Below, in pieces: positions 48,848 through 60,752 of a stretch of 60,752 nt of DNA. This DNA is from Octopus bimaculoides (Eukaryota), in contig NC_068983.1 in assembly GCF_001194135.2 (NCBI RefSeq), forward strand, positions 85,309,551 to 85,370,302, given 5' to 3'. Position 1 is the stretch's first letter. Each line of letters opens with the position of its first letter. The position numbers were made by a program, and so were the translations under genes. The notes beneath the pieces are model-generated. The model worked only from the letters and a program-made list of their open reading frames with translations, searched no databases and had not been told where the DNA came from.

Positions 48848-49874
48848 GTGTAATTGGTTGAAATAAAATGAATTCTGCTTACAGAATCAAAACCATCAGG
48901 TGGTGATGAACCCTGGGAAATAGATTAAGCCCGTCGAACTAAAAATTCAGGATTCGAAAAGTGGAAACACAGAAAAGCATTTTGTCCAAAACTTTAAGAA
49001 GTTCACCAATCCATCATCAGAGACTGGTAAAAATTGAAGTTGGTCTCAGCAGTATTTGAACTCAGAATGCAGAGAACTAAAACAGATACTAAAAGAAGGC
49101 CTTTTGTCCTGCATTACCACTTATGTAACTGTTGATGTACATAAGACAGGCGAGTCATGATTGAAATTCTTATGATTCTTAAGTCTCTTCAATCAGGTCA
49201 AGCTAGAACTAAACAACAACAGCAAGAATTTCATCATCACCATCATAATCACCACCACCAACACTATCATCATCATCATCATCCTCAACCCTGCTATTAT
49301 CCCTAACCTCGCTAAATACAGTCACCCTCCCTAACTTCTTCATCACCACCTACCACCACCATTTTCATCATTCTTATTATTCTTATTTAAATTAAAACAA
49401 GAGAGAGAAGGAACAAAAGAACGGAAGAAAAACAAGAATCTAGATAGACACAAATGGATGGAAAAAAGCTAAAAAAAAAATGCTGAATGCAGCAATTCTT
49501 TGAAAACAAGCAATTGAAGAAGAAATAAGAAAGCGGGAATAAAAGATGAGGGGTGAGGGTGAGGTGTCCTGGGTGAGGGTGAGGGTGTCAGGATAGGAGG
49601 TAGGCAGGTCAGGAAACCATCCCATTGCAGAAGAAGAACAGTGAGATGATTTGCTGGACTGCAGAGAGTGGCATATGCAGAAGAGATTGCAGTTCTCAAA
49701 ACAGAGCAATCAATACAGACTTAACAACTAAATATTGCAATTGCACTCACCAGCACCTACCCACTTTTTCTTTTTTCTTTTTTTTTCAATTTATTTACCC
49801 TCATATATAAATAAATCGACCATTTATCATCACACCACCCTCTACCCTACCACTTTATTTTATCCTAATATATC

Positions 49875-49988
49875 TTTTATCTGTTTCATTCATTAGACTG
49901 TGGCCATGCTGGGGCACTGCTTTGAAAATTTTTAGTAAAACAAATCGACCCCAAAATCTATATAAATATGCATACATACATACATACA

Positions 49989-50049
<61 letters not shown>

Positions 50050-50310
50050 GTTTTTTAAAGCCTGGTACTTATTCTAACAGTCTTTTTTGCCGAGCTGCTA
50101 AGTTACAGGAATGTAAATACACCAACACCATTTATCAAGTAGAGGTGGGGGACAAACAGACATAAAAACACACACACACACACGCACATATATACTGGGC
50201 TTCTTTCAGTTTCCATCTACCAAATCCATTCACAAGGCTTTGGTTGGCCCAAGGCTATAATAGAAGCTCCTTGCCCAACGTGCCACATAGTGAGTCTAAA
50301 CCCAGAACCA
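49875..50310 (-). mobile_element. SINE family A near-full copy, with a (CATA)n(TA)n(CA)n microsatellite in its 3' module
   Basis: Reverse complement of about 50-388, split by a microsatellite at about 49960-50050. Confidence 0.8.
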
Positions 50311-50944
50311 CTGGTCATTTCCACCCTCCTTGCCACTCCAACCCACAAATCTGATAGTTGCCCATCTGCCAAATATTCTTTTATTTATCTTCATACATGC
50401 CTATGTCTTCAGTACTTACCCTTGATATACCATCACACCAATCGTCAATCTATCACCTATCCACAATCACTAGTACTGCTACTACAACTACTAGAACCAT
50501 CATCAGTGCAACAACCAGCCATACCTGCTATTGCTACAACCACTACCATTAACAAGACAACAGTGACAAGAGCAAATGAAGGAGTCTTTGCATAGTCGTT
50601 GAGTCTGCAAGAAATAGCAGTCAAATCTTCCTTAACCCACACTCTACAATCTTTGGATAATGTCGTCATCACCATCATCACTTAACATCTGCCTTCCATG
50701 CTTGGCATGGGTGGGATGGTTTGACAGGAGCCAGCCAGGCAGAAGGTTGCACCAGACTGTAGTCATAAATGAATTAAACAAGAAGGCCATGATTGGATTG
50801 CTTTCGATCATTGGTCCATTCTATAACCTGGGGCTAACTAACAATACAGCAACCTCTACTATCACTACATTCACCAACCACCAAATCAATATAATGAGTC
50901 GAGAGCTCCAGCATGGTCACTCAACAGGCTACAAATATCAATAA

Positions 50945-51620
50945 TAGCCAATTCTCACTCTAATCACATCCAACTATCTTTAAAAAAGTGCAAGTAAACC
51001 ATGCAGCTTGAAATAATCTCTGCAAAAAAAAAAAAAAAAATTTGGAAGATCACAGCTGGAGTGCCAATGTCCACACAAGGACTGATCCTGGGGCTAAAAC
51101 AATAACAACTATAATGACATATACTAACGCAAACATCTTCATATGGCTGTTTGGCATGTCAGAAATAGCAGTCCTCAAATCGCACTATCTTAAACAAGGA
51201 ATGAACACTGACATAACATAGGCCTGGACAAACCCCTAAAGGAAAAAAAACAAAACAAAACAAACAACAAAAAAATGGGATGATCCATCATAGGTCTATA
51301 CTATCAGTGCTAACACAGGATTAAACCATAGCTAAATCCCTTATAACCTCTACAAAATTCTAATACAACCATCACCACTATAGCCATCGTTTAATAAGCG
51401 TATAGCTACAGAGGTTGCTCAAACAATTAGAAATTGCAGCCAAATTTTTCTCAAATTGCATCACACCATCTTAAAGCAGGAAGAAAAATACAAAGGTAAT
51501 GTAATCTTAAATACCTTCAAAACAGATGGGGTGGTCACAACTGGAATACCTTTGAATATAAGTCTGCTGGATTAGGGCTAATTTAGTTAAGGGTTAACAA
51601 CTACCACCACACACCACCAG

Positions 51621-51656
<36 letters not shown>

Positions 51657-51818
51657 ATGTAATCAAAGTATATAATTTGGTTTTCATGATGACTGCAGCT
51701 GAGTGTGTGTGTATGTATGTGTATGTACATGCATGTGATTCTGATATGATAACGTGTTTGAACATCTGACATAGAACAGGTGTATATATAATACAGATTT
51801 GATACAATATATGCGTGT

Positions 51819-51850
<32 letters not shown>

Positions 51851-52116
51851 CATACACAACACACACCCAAAACAGTACACATGAATATATACATCTGACT
51901 GACACTTATGACCAAACACACAGCTGAAATATTACACTTAAGTATATATGTACAGATAACACTGCTGACCAACTACACACACATACCAGAAACATTGAAT
52001 GTAATAGAAATGTCCATGCATATATACGCACATTCAATATACTTAATATATACGAATGTATATGTTATTCAGTAATTTCCACACACACACACACACACAC
52101 GATAACTGAATGGATG

Positions 52117-52167
<51 letters not shown>

Positions 52168-52500
52168 TAGGGGCAGTATTTGTAGCCTCTTCCAAGCCAA
52201 GAGAGAATACTTACTGCTTTTTTTTTACATCATGGCTACATGACTGCTGAAGATTGGGTTTTCTGATTCACTTGTGCCATGATCCCTGGCAACAACATCT
52301 GTTAATGCTAGTAAAGAAATATTTATATATGGTCATTCGACCTGCTAGAAATAGCAGCCAAATCTCCCCCAACAAATTACACTCTTATAGAATAAAAGAC
52401 AACATTGAACAAGGTCACTGATATTCATATCATGGGTTGACCATGCCTAGAATATCTCTGCTTGACCAGGATAGTCCAAAGTCAAATAAGAACAGCTAAC
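50945..52500 (+). repeat. Four + strand copies of an unclassified ~170-200-bp interspersed repeat (family E)
   Basis: agcagccaaat...tcaaat..cac...cttaaa...ggtcacagctgga...ggggctaa at about 50945, 51140, 51410 and 52325. Other copies at about 40790, 41030 and 43880 (+) and 36270 (-). Confidence 0.6.
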
Positions 52501-52513
52501 AATTACCTATCCT

Positions 52514-52740
52514 TTAACACTTTGGCATTCAAATTGTTCAGTGAAATGTAATGCTTACATAACTTATTCACATTGTTTTGAAGTAATCATGAACTGTCTC
52601 ATAGCTTCAATATTTCAATGAAGTGATTGCTTATTTTTAGAATGACATTGTTGGCTAAGTGAGAGGTTGGATCTGGCCAGTTTGAAAATAAAACGGAATA
52701 TTTAGGCTTGATATGGCCAGTTTAAATGCTAAAGGGTTAA
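52514..52740 (-). mobile_element. piggyBac-like MITE, inverted copy
   Basis: Reverse complement of 11882-12107, with TTAA at both ends. Confidence 0.8.
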
Positions 52741-53691
52741 GCAGTTTTTTAACTGTAGCTAGATCCTAAACTCAGTATCCCATCCTATGAAAAAAAAAAA
52801 AAATGCTGCTGCTAAATTCTTTTTCTTCTTTTTTTGGAAGCCACTTATTATAATCATGGATATTAGCAACTGGATATTGTTATCAAAATTAATGTGTCCC
52901 AAACAAGCTCAGGACATTGTGATATCCTAAGCTTTATATAATCAGCCAGTTATTGTTATGTTAATGGCCCCATCCCAAAGTGATAAGAACACAAGAAGTA
53001 GCTTCTACTGTGTAAGAAGATGACACTACAAGTGAATGGTGTCACTCATGCCAAAAGACACCCACCACAAGACGTACAGACTAACTTAGAAGGAAGTAGT
53101 ACAGTTTAATGATAGTCGGTTTGAATTAGAGTATGCCTGGTGGATGAAGGAAAAAGAAGAGGGGATGGAATGAAGGAGAGAATAACTGAATAACAGAAAG
53201 AAGGAAGGAAGGAAGTGACTAGAGTGAATAGCAGAAGGGAAAGAAATGAAAGAATGACAGGAAGAGAAGAATAAAAGACACTAAGAGCAGATAAAAGAAA
53301 AGAAAGGTGAAAGGAGGAGGGGTGGACAGAGAATGAAATGGAAGGAAGGAGAGTATGAAGAGAAGAAATAATAGAAGGAATAGATGGTAAGGTAGGATGA
53401 AAGGAAAGAAAGAACTGAGAGACAGAGAAAAAGAGAAGAGAAAGGAAGGACGAACAAATTTTGTCAAAAAGTGAAGGTGTCAAGGAAGGGATGCGAAGGT
53501 GAAGGGAATTTATGATGACAAATGAATGATGGTGGTGGTGGTGTAAGTTCAAAGAAGCAGTGAACATTGAATCGGTTTGATAGTGGGGTCCACAATAGTT
53601 GTCAACTGGGATTGTGATTGTGTGTGTGTGCACACAGACTGAAAACTAGTATGGGTAAAGAACTGAGGAAGAATATATGTGTAGATATTTA

Positions 53692-53727
<36 letters not shown>

Positions 53728-53945
53728 CACATGTGGATGTCTGCAAGTGTATTTGAGAGGTGCACTGTCCCAAATGAGAGATCTGTAAGCTAAACTAGTG
53801 CATATGCACTGTTATACTTGAACAGCTGTTAAGGACTGAAGCATTTCCGAATTCTGAAGAGGAAGCCAGGCATTTATGATACAGAAATCAATGTAAAATG
53901 CAAGTGAACTTTATATACTTATACACATACATGCACACACACACA

Positions 53946-54075
<130 letters not shown>

Positions 54076-54179
54076 AAAATGGAAATTAATACATTATAAT
54101 AATTCCCTGATTTTGGTAAAGGCACAAAAATGAACTAAGTTGAAGACCTTCCCATCAGTTCTGATTGAGATGAAAATCC

Positions 54180-54785
54180 CCTTTGTGCAGACTGGCACTC
54201 ATAGTGTCAGGTACACACCACTGATTAACACCATGGTAGACTGCAAATGTTTCACTGAATTCTTTGTCCAACTGAAACTCATCCTTTTGTTCCTGTGTGG
54301 AACTGCTTGATGCCCCTCGATGCCATCCAGTCCATCTGAGCTGACTGTCATACTTCTGACCACAGCCATGACAACAACAGTCAGCCTCCGATAGTGTTCT
54401 GCATTTGCTAACTTGCTGATGTCAAGCTTCTCTGGCTTTGTGCTGATTGGGATCTTCAAGGTAGACTGATTCTGAATCTGATAAGACTCCTCAGGGGGTA
54501 GAGGTCAGAAGAGCATACTGCTCCAAACATGGCCTTTGTCCACAGGATCTCCTTGCAACCTAGTCTCTCAGGTAAAGATAGTCCAGCAGATGATAGTGGC
54601 CAGAGCAAGGGTGTTTCCACACGAAATAATTCTTGTCAAGCTGATCAAAGAATGTATTGGTAACATAAAGCTCCTGCCGTACACAGAAGTCCAGCAGGAA
54701 TTGGATTCTTTTTGTCCTTGACAAGCTTGCTGATGATGCCTACGTAAGTCTCACAGCCTGTTCCCACCCTGGTGCTGAAGTCAAT
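54180..54785 (-). mobile_element. RTE (BovB/Expander-like) LINE endonuclease-linker fragment
   Basis: Minus-strand peptides DFSTRVG, LLDFCVRQELYVTNTFF and WKHPCSGHYHLLDY, then SSDL and KLDISKL. These are APE endonuclease motifs (DFNARVG; W-HPRS-WHLIDY; TDH). Confidence 0.75.
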
Positions 54786-54821
54786 TGTGTGTGTGTAATA
54801 ATCAACTATCCAGATAAAAAG

Positions 54822-54875
<54 letters not shown>

Positions 54876-54930
54876 AACACACATATTTATATATACACAT
54901 ACATATACACCTACAATATCTATTTATATA

Positions 54931-54943
54931 NNNNNNNNNNNNN
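54931..54943. other. Assembly gap
   Basis: Short N run within TA-rich sequence. Confidence 1.
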
Positions 54944-54984
<41 letters not shown>

Positions 54985-55059
54985 TATGTCTGTACGTGTG
55001 TGTGTGTGGGGGGGATATATCAACATTTGTTGGTAGTAGAAGTAGTAGTGGCAGTGGGT

Positions 55060-56375
55060 GTTTAGGCTTAGGCCACCCTCAAACAAACAGAGCTATGACC
55101 AAATGCACTTCACTTAAGACCATCCCATCTTGTTTTTCAGGTACAGTGAATAAGAACTTCATTATCCAACGTTTTCCCTTTATATACAACAGTAAGGTGT
55201 GATTTGAGGGAAATTTGGTTGCCATTTCTAGCTGGTTGGCTGACCATAGCAAAGCTTCTTCATTGGTTCAATGCTCTTACCAGTTTTCTAATAAAATAAC
55301 TACCTTCACACATACACAGACACACAAGAACTCCACAGGTCCATCAAATGAATACAAAAAGTGAAGAGGAGGTTGGTGCTAGTCGTTGCGACATATGTCT
55401 GCTGCCATACACAAGGGAGAGCATAACCATATTTATCTCTGTGAACGTGACTAAGAACTATTGTGATAGATCACCATTACTGGTACTGCTACAACCATTA
55501 CAGCTGTTACTTCAACCAATAGTACTTGTTGATTGGTATCGCAGTCACACATCACTGAGATATTCAGTTTTGGTCTACTGTGTGTGTATGTATATGTGAT
55601 GACAGAACTGTTAAACAGGAGTTACATGGTAGACTTAACAGGACTAAGTAGATACGCTATTACTTGTAGGTCACATGTTCAAATCCAATCCATGTTGTTG
55701 TTGCTGCTGTCGCTACTGCTTATCTGTCAGATAAAACCAAATTTAGCAGATTTATATACACTAAAAAACATTCCAATCAAGACCATAGCATTTATGTATG
55801 GTATATCTTGGACTACGTTGTTCAATTTAGCTTATATTTAAGACAGTGGTGAGTGATTTGAAAGAGATTTGGCTGTTATTATTACCTAGTTAAGCAACCA
55901 TGTAGAGGTTCCCTTGTTGAGTATATTGTAGGACAATGGTGTAGTGTATGGCTGTTGTTTTACTGTAAATCAACCCTAATAAAGCAAATATGGGGTCAAA
56001 GGCATTCACCCAAAACAACATTATCCAATATTTCCTTCCTTTTATGAATATAGCTGTAACATGATTTAATGAAAATTTGGGTACTATTTCTAGAATGTCA
56101 GCTGACCACATAGACACTGATCATTGGTTAGTGTTCTGTATTGAAGTATAGTGAGGAATGATATATGGTTGTTATATGTTTGGACCCAGGTAATCTTTAA
56201 TAAAGTAGGACCTATGGTGTTAGATGTTCCATCCGAGATGATTCTTGCTTTCTTTTCTTCTTTTTTCAGTGTATCTTTAATTACACTATCCAAGGTGTAC
56301 TTATTTTTATATGACTGTAGGGTGAGGTTTGGGGGGAAATTACAAGTAGATCAAATGACCTTGTAAAGGATCTCT
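55060..56375 (-). repeat. Four - strand copies of family E
   Basis: gtgatttgagggaaatttggttgccatttctag-like ends at about 55200, 55850, 56070 and 56330. Confidence 0.6.
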
Positions 56376-57414
56376 CATGACATGGATATGCCTTCTTGGA
56401 CAAAATATTTTATTTTGTTTGGCTTAATTCACCTAACTGTCACAAAGAGGTAGCCAGATCATTTGAAAATGTTAGCAGTGATACACTGGCAAAATTTCCT
56501 TGAATACAAGAAGGATGGTGCTAAAGTCAAAAACAGTGGATGACGAACACAGGATGAAGTACAATTGTTACTGGTGTTCTTAGATTCTACTGAGGGAACA
56601 GAGTGTGCAGATAATGTCAGATTTTCATTTTACAGATTACCAGTGAAGGCATAACAATGAGAACAAATGTTAAAAGTGGAGAAGATACAGTTCTGACAAT
56701 GTGACAAATACAGTTTCAAGGAAGAAGCATTGTGAAAAATATTTAGCATACAGATTAGTCAAACAGATTAGTCAAACAGATTAATCAAACAGATGATGTA
56801 AAGCAGATGAGAAATACATAGCTAGTTTACATGGTTTAATATTTTCATTACTATATTTCTGTCTGCCTTTGTTTCAGTTAGTTTTAAAAGTAATGAAGAA
56901 TTTAGTAAAGTAATTGTTATTATGCTGGTGTTTTAAGCATGAATGAACATGAACTCTTGACAAGAGAATTTAATTCAGATCACTTCAAAACAGGAAGTTT
57001 GTAATCACAGAAACAAGGGCGATCTTGAACAGGTTAGTATTAAAAGAGTCAACAGAATTACTAGTCTCTAATTTATAGCAACAAATGGGAAATTCAGCCC
57101 TTCTGTAAATTCATTAGCAATGTTTGTAGAGTGGGTTCTAATTGGGAAGTCATATTACAAAAACATATTAGCAGGAACAGAATTTCAGAAGTGACAAGAG
57201 AGGAGATGTGGGTGTAGATGGACTAATTTGATAAGAAAGTGGGACTACCAAACCTTAGCAGTCATCATGGTTAATTGGAAAGAGCGTTGAATAATTCAAT
57301 AAATACATAGCACTGTTCAGAAATTAATGACAAAATAAAATGGCTTTTGATCTGCAAAATGGAGAAATGGGGCAGTGTTTACTAATTATTATCATTATTA
57401 TTAACACTTTCTAA

Positions 57415-58320
57415 GGCAGCAAGCTGGCAGAATCAGTAGTATGCAGAGGAAAATGTTCTGAGTTCAAATTCTGCCAAGGTTGACTTTACTTTTCCTCTTT
57501 TCAGGATCAATAAAATAAGTACCAGTTGAGCACTGGAATCAATGACCTACCCCTACCCCCAAATTTCTGGCCTTGTGGCAAAATTTGAAACCATTATTAT
57601 TATCATAAATATTATTATTATACAAGGCAATGAACTGGCAGGAAAAATGCTTAGTGGTATTTCACCCATTGCTGCATTCTGAGTTCAAATTCTGTTGAGG
57701 TTGACTTTGCCTTTCATCCTTTTGGGGTCAATAAATTAAGTACCAGTCAAGTACCGAGGTCGATGTGATTGACTTTCCCCACCCTCTAAAATTTCAGGCC
57801 TTGTGCCTATAATAGAAAGGATTATTATTATTATTATTGCTGTTGTTGTTGTTATTAGCACTTTCTGAGTGATGGATGGTAGAAATTGTTAGACCACCAG
57901 AGAAAATGCTTAACAATATGTGTCCTCTGCATTATATGTTCCAAGTTCAAATTCCACTGTTAACATTGTGGTTTTTCACCTTCCCAGAGTCGATAAAATA
58001 AATCCCAGTTTAACACTGGTCTCAAGATAACTGATAGTCCTTCACAACAAATTTCTAACCTAGTGCCAATGTAAGAAATCATTATCACCATGGTAGAAGA
58101 GTAGCACGTTTGGTGGCAAGGTGGGGGAACCCCCACCCCAATAATTTGTAGTATTTAGATACAATTCTTTAACATATTCAGTTCAATTCCCTATAGGGTT
58201 TACCTCACTTTTCATTCTTACTTGGAAAATGGAATGGAAGTGAAACAAAACATATACCAGTAAAGTACTAAGGTTGATACAGTTGACTATGTCCTCCAGT
58301 CAAGACTCATTGCTCTCAAG
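57415..58320 (+). mobile_element. Head-to-tail cluster of three to four SINE family B copies
   Basis: Copies at about 57415-57590, 57625-57825, 57870-58080 and a degenerate one at 58150-58320, joined by (ATT)n/(GTT)n. Confidence 0.8.
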
Positions 58321-58537
58321 TCAATGTTACAAATTATTGTTATTGTCATTATAATTATTAGCACTGGATATTTTGCAATAACATCAGTTAATTCTCTTCC
58401 AGGAATTCTTTTAATTGGATTTAGTTTGCTTTTTTTTTTGTTTTTTTTTTTTTGTTTTAATGCCACAAATGGGAAAAGACATGTTCAGAAATCTGTGTAC
58501 ATTTATTCATACATATAATGTCACATTCCAATGAATA

Positions 58538-58588
<51 letters not shown>

Positions 58589-58595
58589 ATATATA

Positions 58596-59204
58596 NNNNN
58601 NNNNNNNNNNNNNNNNNNNNNNNNNNNNNNNNNNNNNNNNNNNNNNNNNNNNNNNNNNNNNNNNNNNNNNNNNNNNNNNNNNNNNNNNNNNNNNNNNNNN
58701 NNNNNNNNNNNNNNNNNNNNNNNNNNNNNNNNNNNNNNNNNNNNNNNNNNNNNNNNNNNNNNNNNNNNNNNNNNNNNNNNNNNNNNNNNNNNNNNNNNNN
58801 NNNNNNNNNNNNNNNNNNNNNNNNNNNNNNNNNNNNNNNNNNNNNNNNNNNNNNNNNNNNNNNNNNNNNNNNNNNNNNNNNNNNNNNNNNNNNNNNNNNN
58901 NNNNNNNNNNNNNNNNNNNNNNNNNNNNNNNNNNNNNNNNNNNNNNNNNNNNNNNNNNNNNNNNNNNNNNNNNNNNNNNNNNNNNNNNNNNNNNNNNNNN
59001 NNNNNNNNNNNNNNNNNNNNNNNNNNNNNNNNNNNNNNNNNNNNNNNNNNNNNNNNNNNNNNNNNNNNNNNNNNNNNNNNNNNNNNNNNNNNNNNNNNNN
59101 NNNNNNNNNNNNNNNNNNNNNNNNNNNNNNNNNNNNNNNNNNNNNNNNNNNNNNNNNNNNNNNNNNNNNNNNNNNNNNNNNNNNNNNNNNNNNNNNNNNN
59201 NNNN
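58596..59204. other. Assembly gap
   Basis: N run after (TG)n(TA)n. Confidence 1.
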
Positions 59205-59289
59205 CTATGAAAGTAGGTGATGTTAATTACTTATATATATTTTGATCTATTAAATGTTTCTTTTATTCCAGTATTGTTTTTTTTTTATT

Positions 59290-60199
59290 TAACTTCTTTT
59301 AAATTAATTCTTCTTTACTTCATTTCAATGAAGTAAAGCATTACATATTCCAGGCATAAAATGACAAGCCATGTAATAACCTTGGTTCCGTTCTCATAAA
59401 TGTTTTGCTAATCCAATAATAAAACAAAGTATGTAGCCCTTAAAACGGTTTTTGTGCATTTATGGAAAATATTGAACTGTCTATGAATACCCAAATTGTG
59501 AAGTCAGTTATGTAATAACATGAAATTAGTTACCTAACAGTAAGAATTCAAATAAAGTAGCCCCGAAAAGGGCTTTAATGCATTCCCAGAGTATATAGAA
59601 CTTAGGGGGAAATACTAATGAGGTATGTATACTAAAATCATGAAGCATATTATGTAATAACAGGCTAATCAAATATAAGATAATAACAATTCAAAGTAAA
59701 TAACTCTGAAAAGGGTTTTTGTGCATTCCCAGAGAATATTACCCTCAGTGGCGCTAGTGTTGGTATATTTGTGAATAAGTCACCGATAAGTGGGTCTATT
59801 GCTTAGGAAAATACTATTTACTTGTTTAAGGGTTGTACTGGATAAATTGCGAAAATAACTAACAGTTCAAATACTAAGAAATAAGCATACACAATTTGAT
59901 TTATACCAAATAATTTAGGAAAATGATTGGGTTATTTCCTTTCGCTGTTAAAATCTGGGCGAATGGGTTATTTCCCTTGGCTGTTAAAATGAAATATATT
60001 AGATATATATAAGGATCCCTTCCAGGGGCCCTATTATTGATTTTTTTTTTCAACAATCTGAATATGCCATCAGGTTTCCAAACGTGCGAGTTCTACTCAC
60101 GTGTCAAGTTTCATCAAAATCGATAAAACGATGTAGAAGGAGTTAGCCAACAACTCCACAAACACACCCACAGACAGAATTTCCCACATATATAGTAGA
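59290..60199 (-). mobile_element. Helitron-like non-autonomous element with three ~140-bp internal repeats
   Basis: The minus strand starts A|TCTACTATATA at 60199, then the ctgtctgt...gattttgatgaaacttg motif. atgtaataac recurs at about 59371, 59510 and 59652. The left boundary is uncertain. Confidence 0.5.
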
Positions 60200-60214
60200 T
60201 ATATATACATACAG

Positions 60215-60249
<35 letters not shown>

Positions 60250-60752
60250 CACACACACACATATACATACGCACACATGCACACACATACATACATACAC
60301 ACACACATCTATACTAATAAATGCCAAAACGAATTTATGTCAGTGTCACACTGACCTCTTCTCTCACTATCCAGTGACACTCCTACTATTCCTCATGCTG
60401 GGATGAGAGTAATAGTAGGCAGAGACGGTGAGGGTGGTAGTAGATACACGGTTGTGATGGTAAAGGGTGATAGTAATAGTATAAGCTGTAGTTGTGATAG
60501 AGGTGGAGGCAACGGTGATGATGGTGATAGTGGTTGTGGTAGCCGAGATAGTCAGAGAAGACAGTGATAGTAAGCGATGTGAAAGACAGGTGGTGGAAGG
60601 GAAGGTGGTGAAGTCAAAGCTATTGACAGTGGTGGCGTCAAAAGTCTGAATGGTGTATGTATGGTAGTTTTGGTGGTGATGGTGGTGGCACTGGTTGAAA
60701 ACAATCAACGGAAAGAGAGAGAAAGAAGTTAGACAAAAAAAAAAAAAAAAAA

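Overview
AT-rich, microsatellite-dense animal genomic DNA with six N gaps. The SINE, RTE-LINE and MITE repertoire is typical of a coleoid cephalopod, most likely Octopus (inference). One host gene is supported: three minus-strand coding exons (20514-20581, 9774-9828, 3353-3427) splice in frame to the F-box N-terminus of an FBXL2/FBXL20-family F-box/LRR protein. Its LRR exons lie beyond the left edge, and its start exon was not found. The rest is intron or intergenic sequence packed with decayed mobile elements: tRNA-derived SINEs, RTE and probable HERO LINE fragments, a Tc1 remnant, an internally deleted mariner, piggyBac- and hAT-type MITEs, and Helitron/Helentron-like pieces. The main unannotated signal is a set of minimal type I hammerhead ribozyme motifs of the Penelope-like/retrozyme kind, in at least three different short repeat families. 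One has an intact core (3886-3991, +) and forms one arm of a ~480-bp inverted repeat beside an FBXL exon; its mirror copy on the pre-mRNA strand has a catalytic-core mutation. Also notable are a 26-bp perfect inverted repeat near another exon and a higher-order CCAAT-containing minisatellite. All structures were read by eye; none was computed or searched. Repeat boundaries are approximate unless stated.
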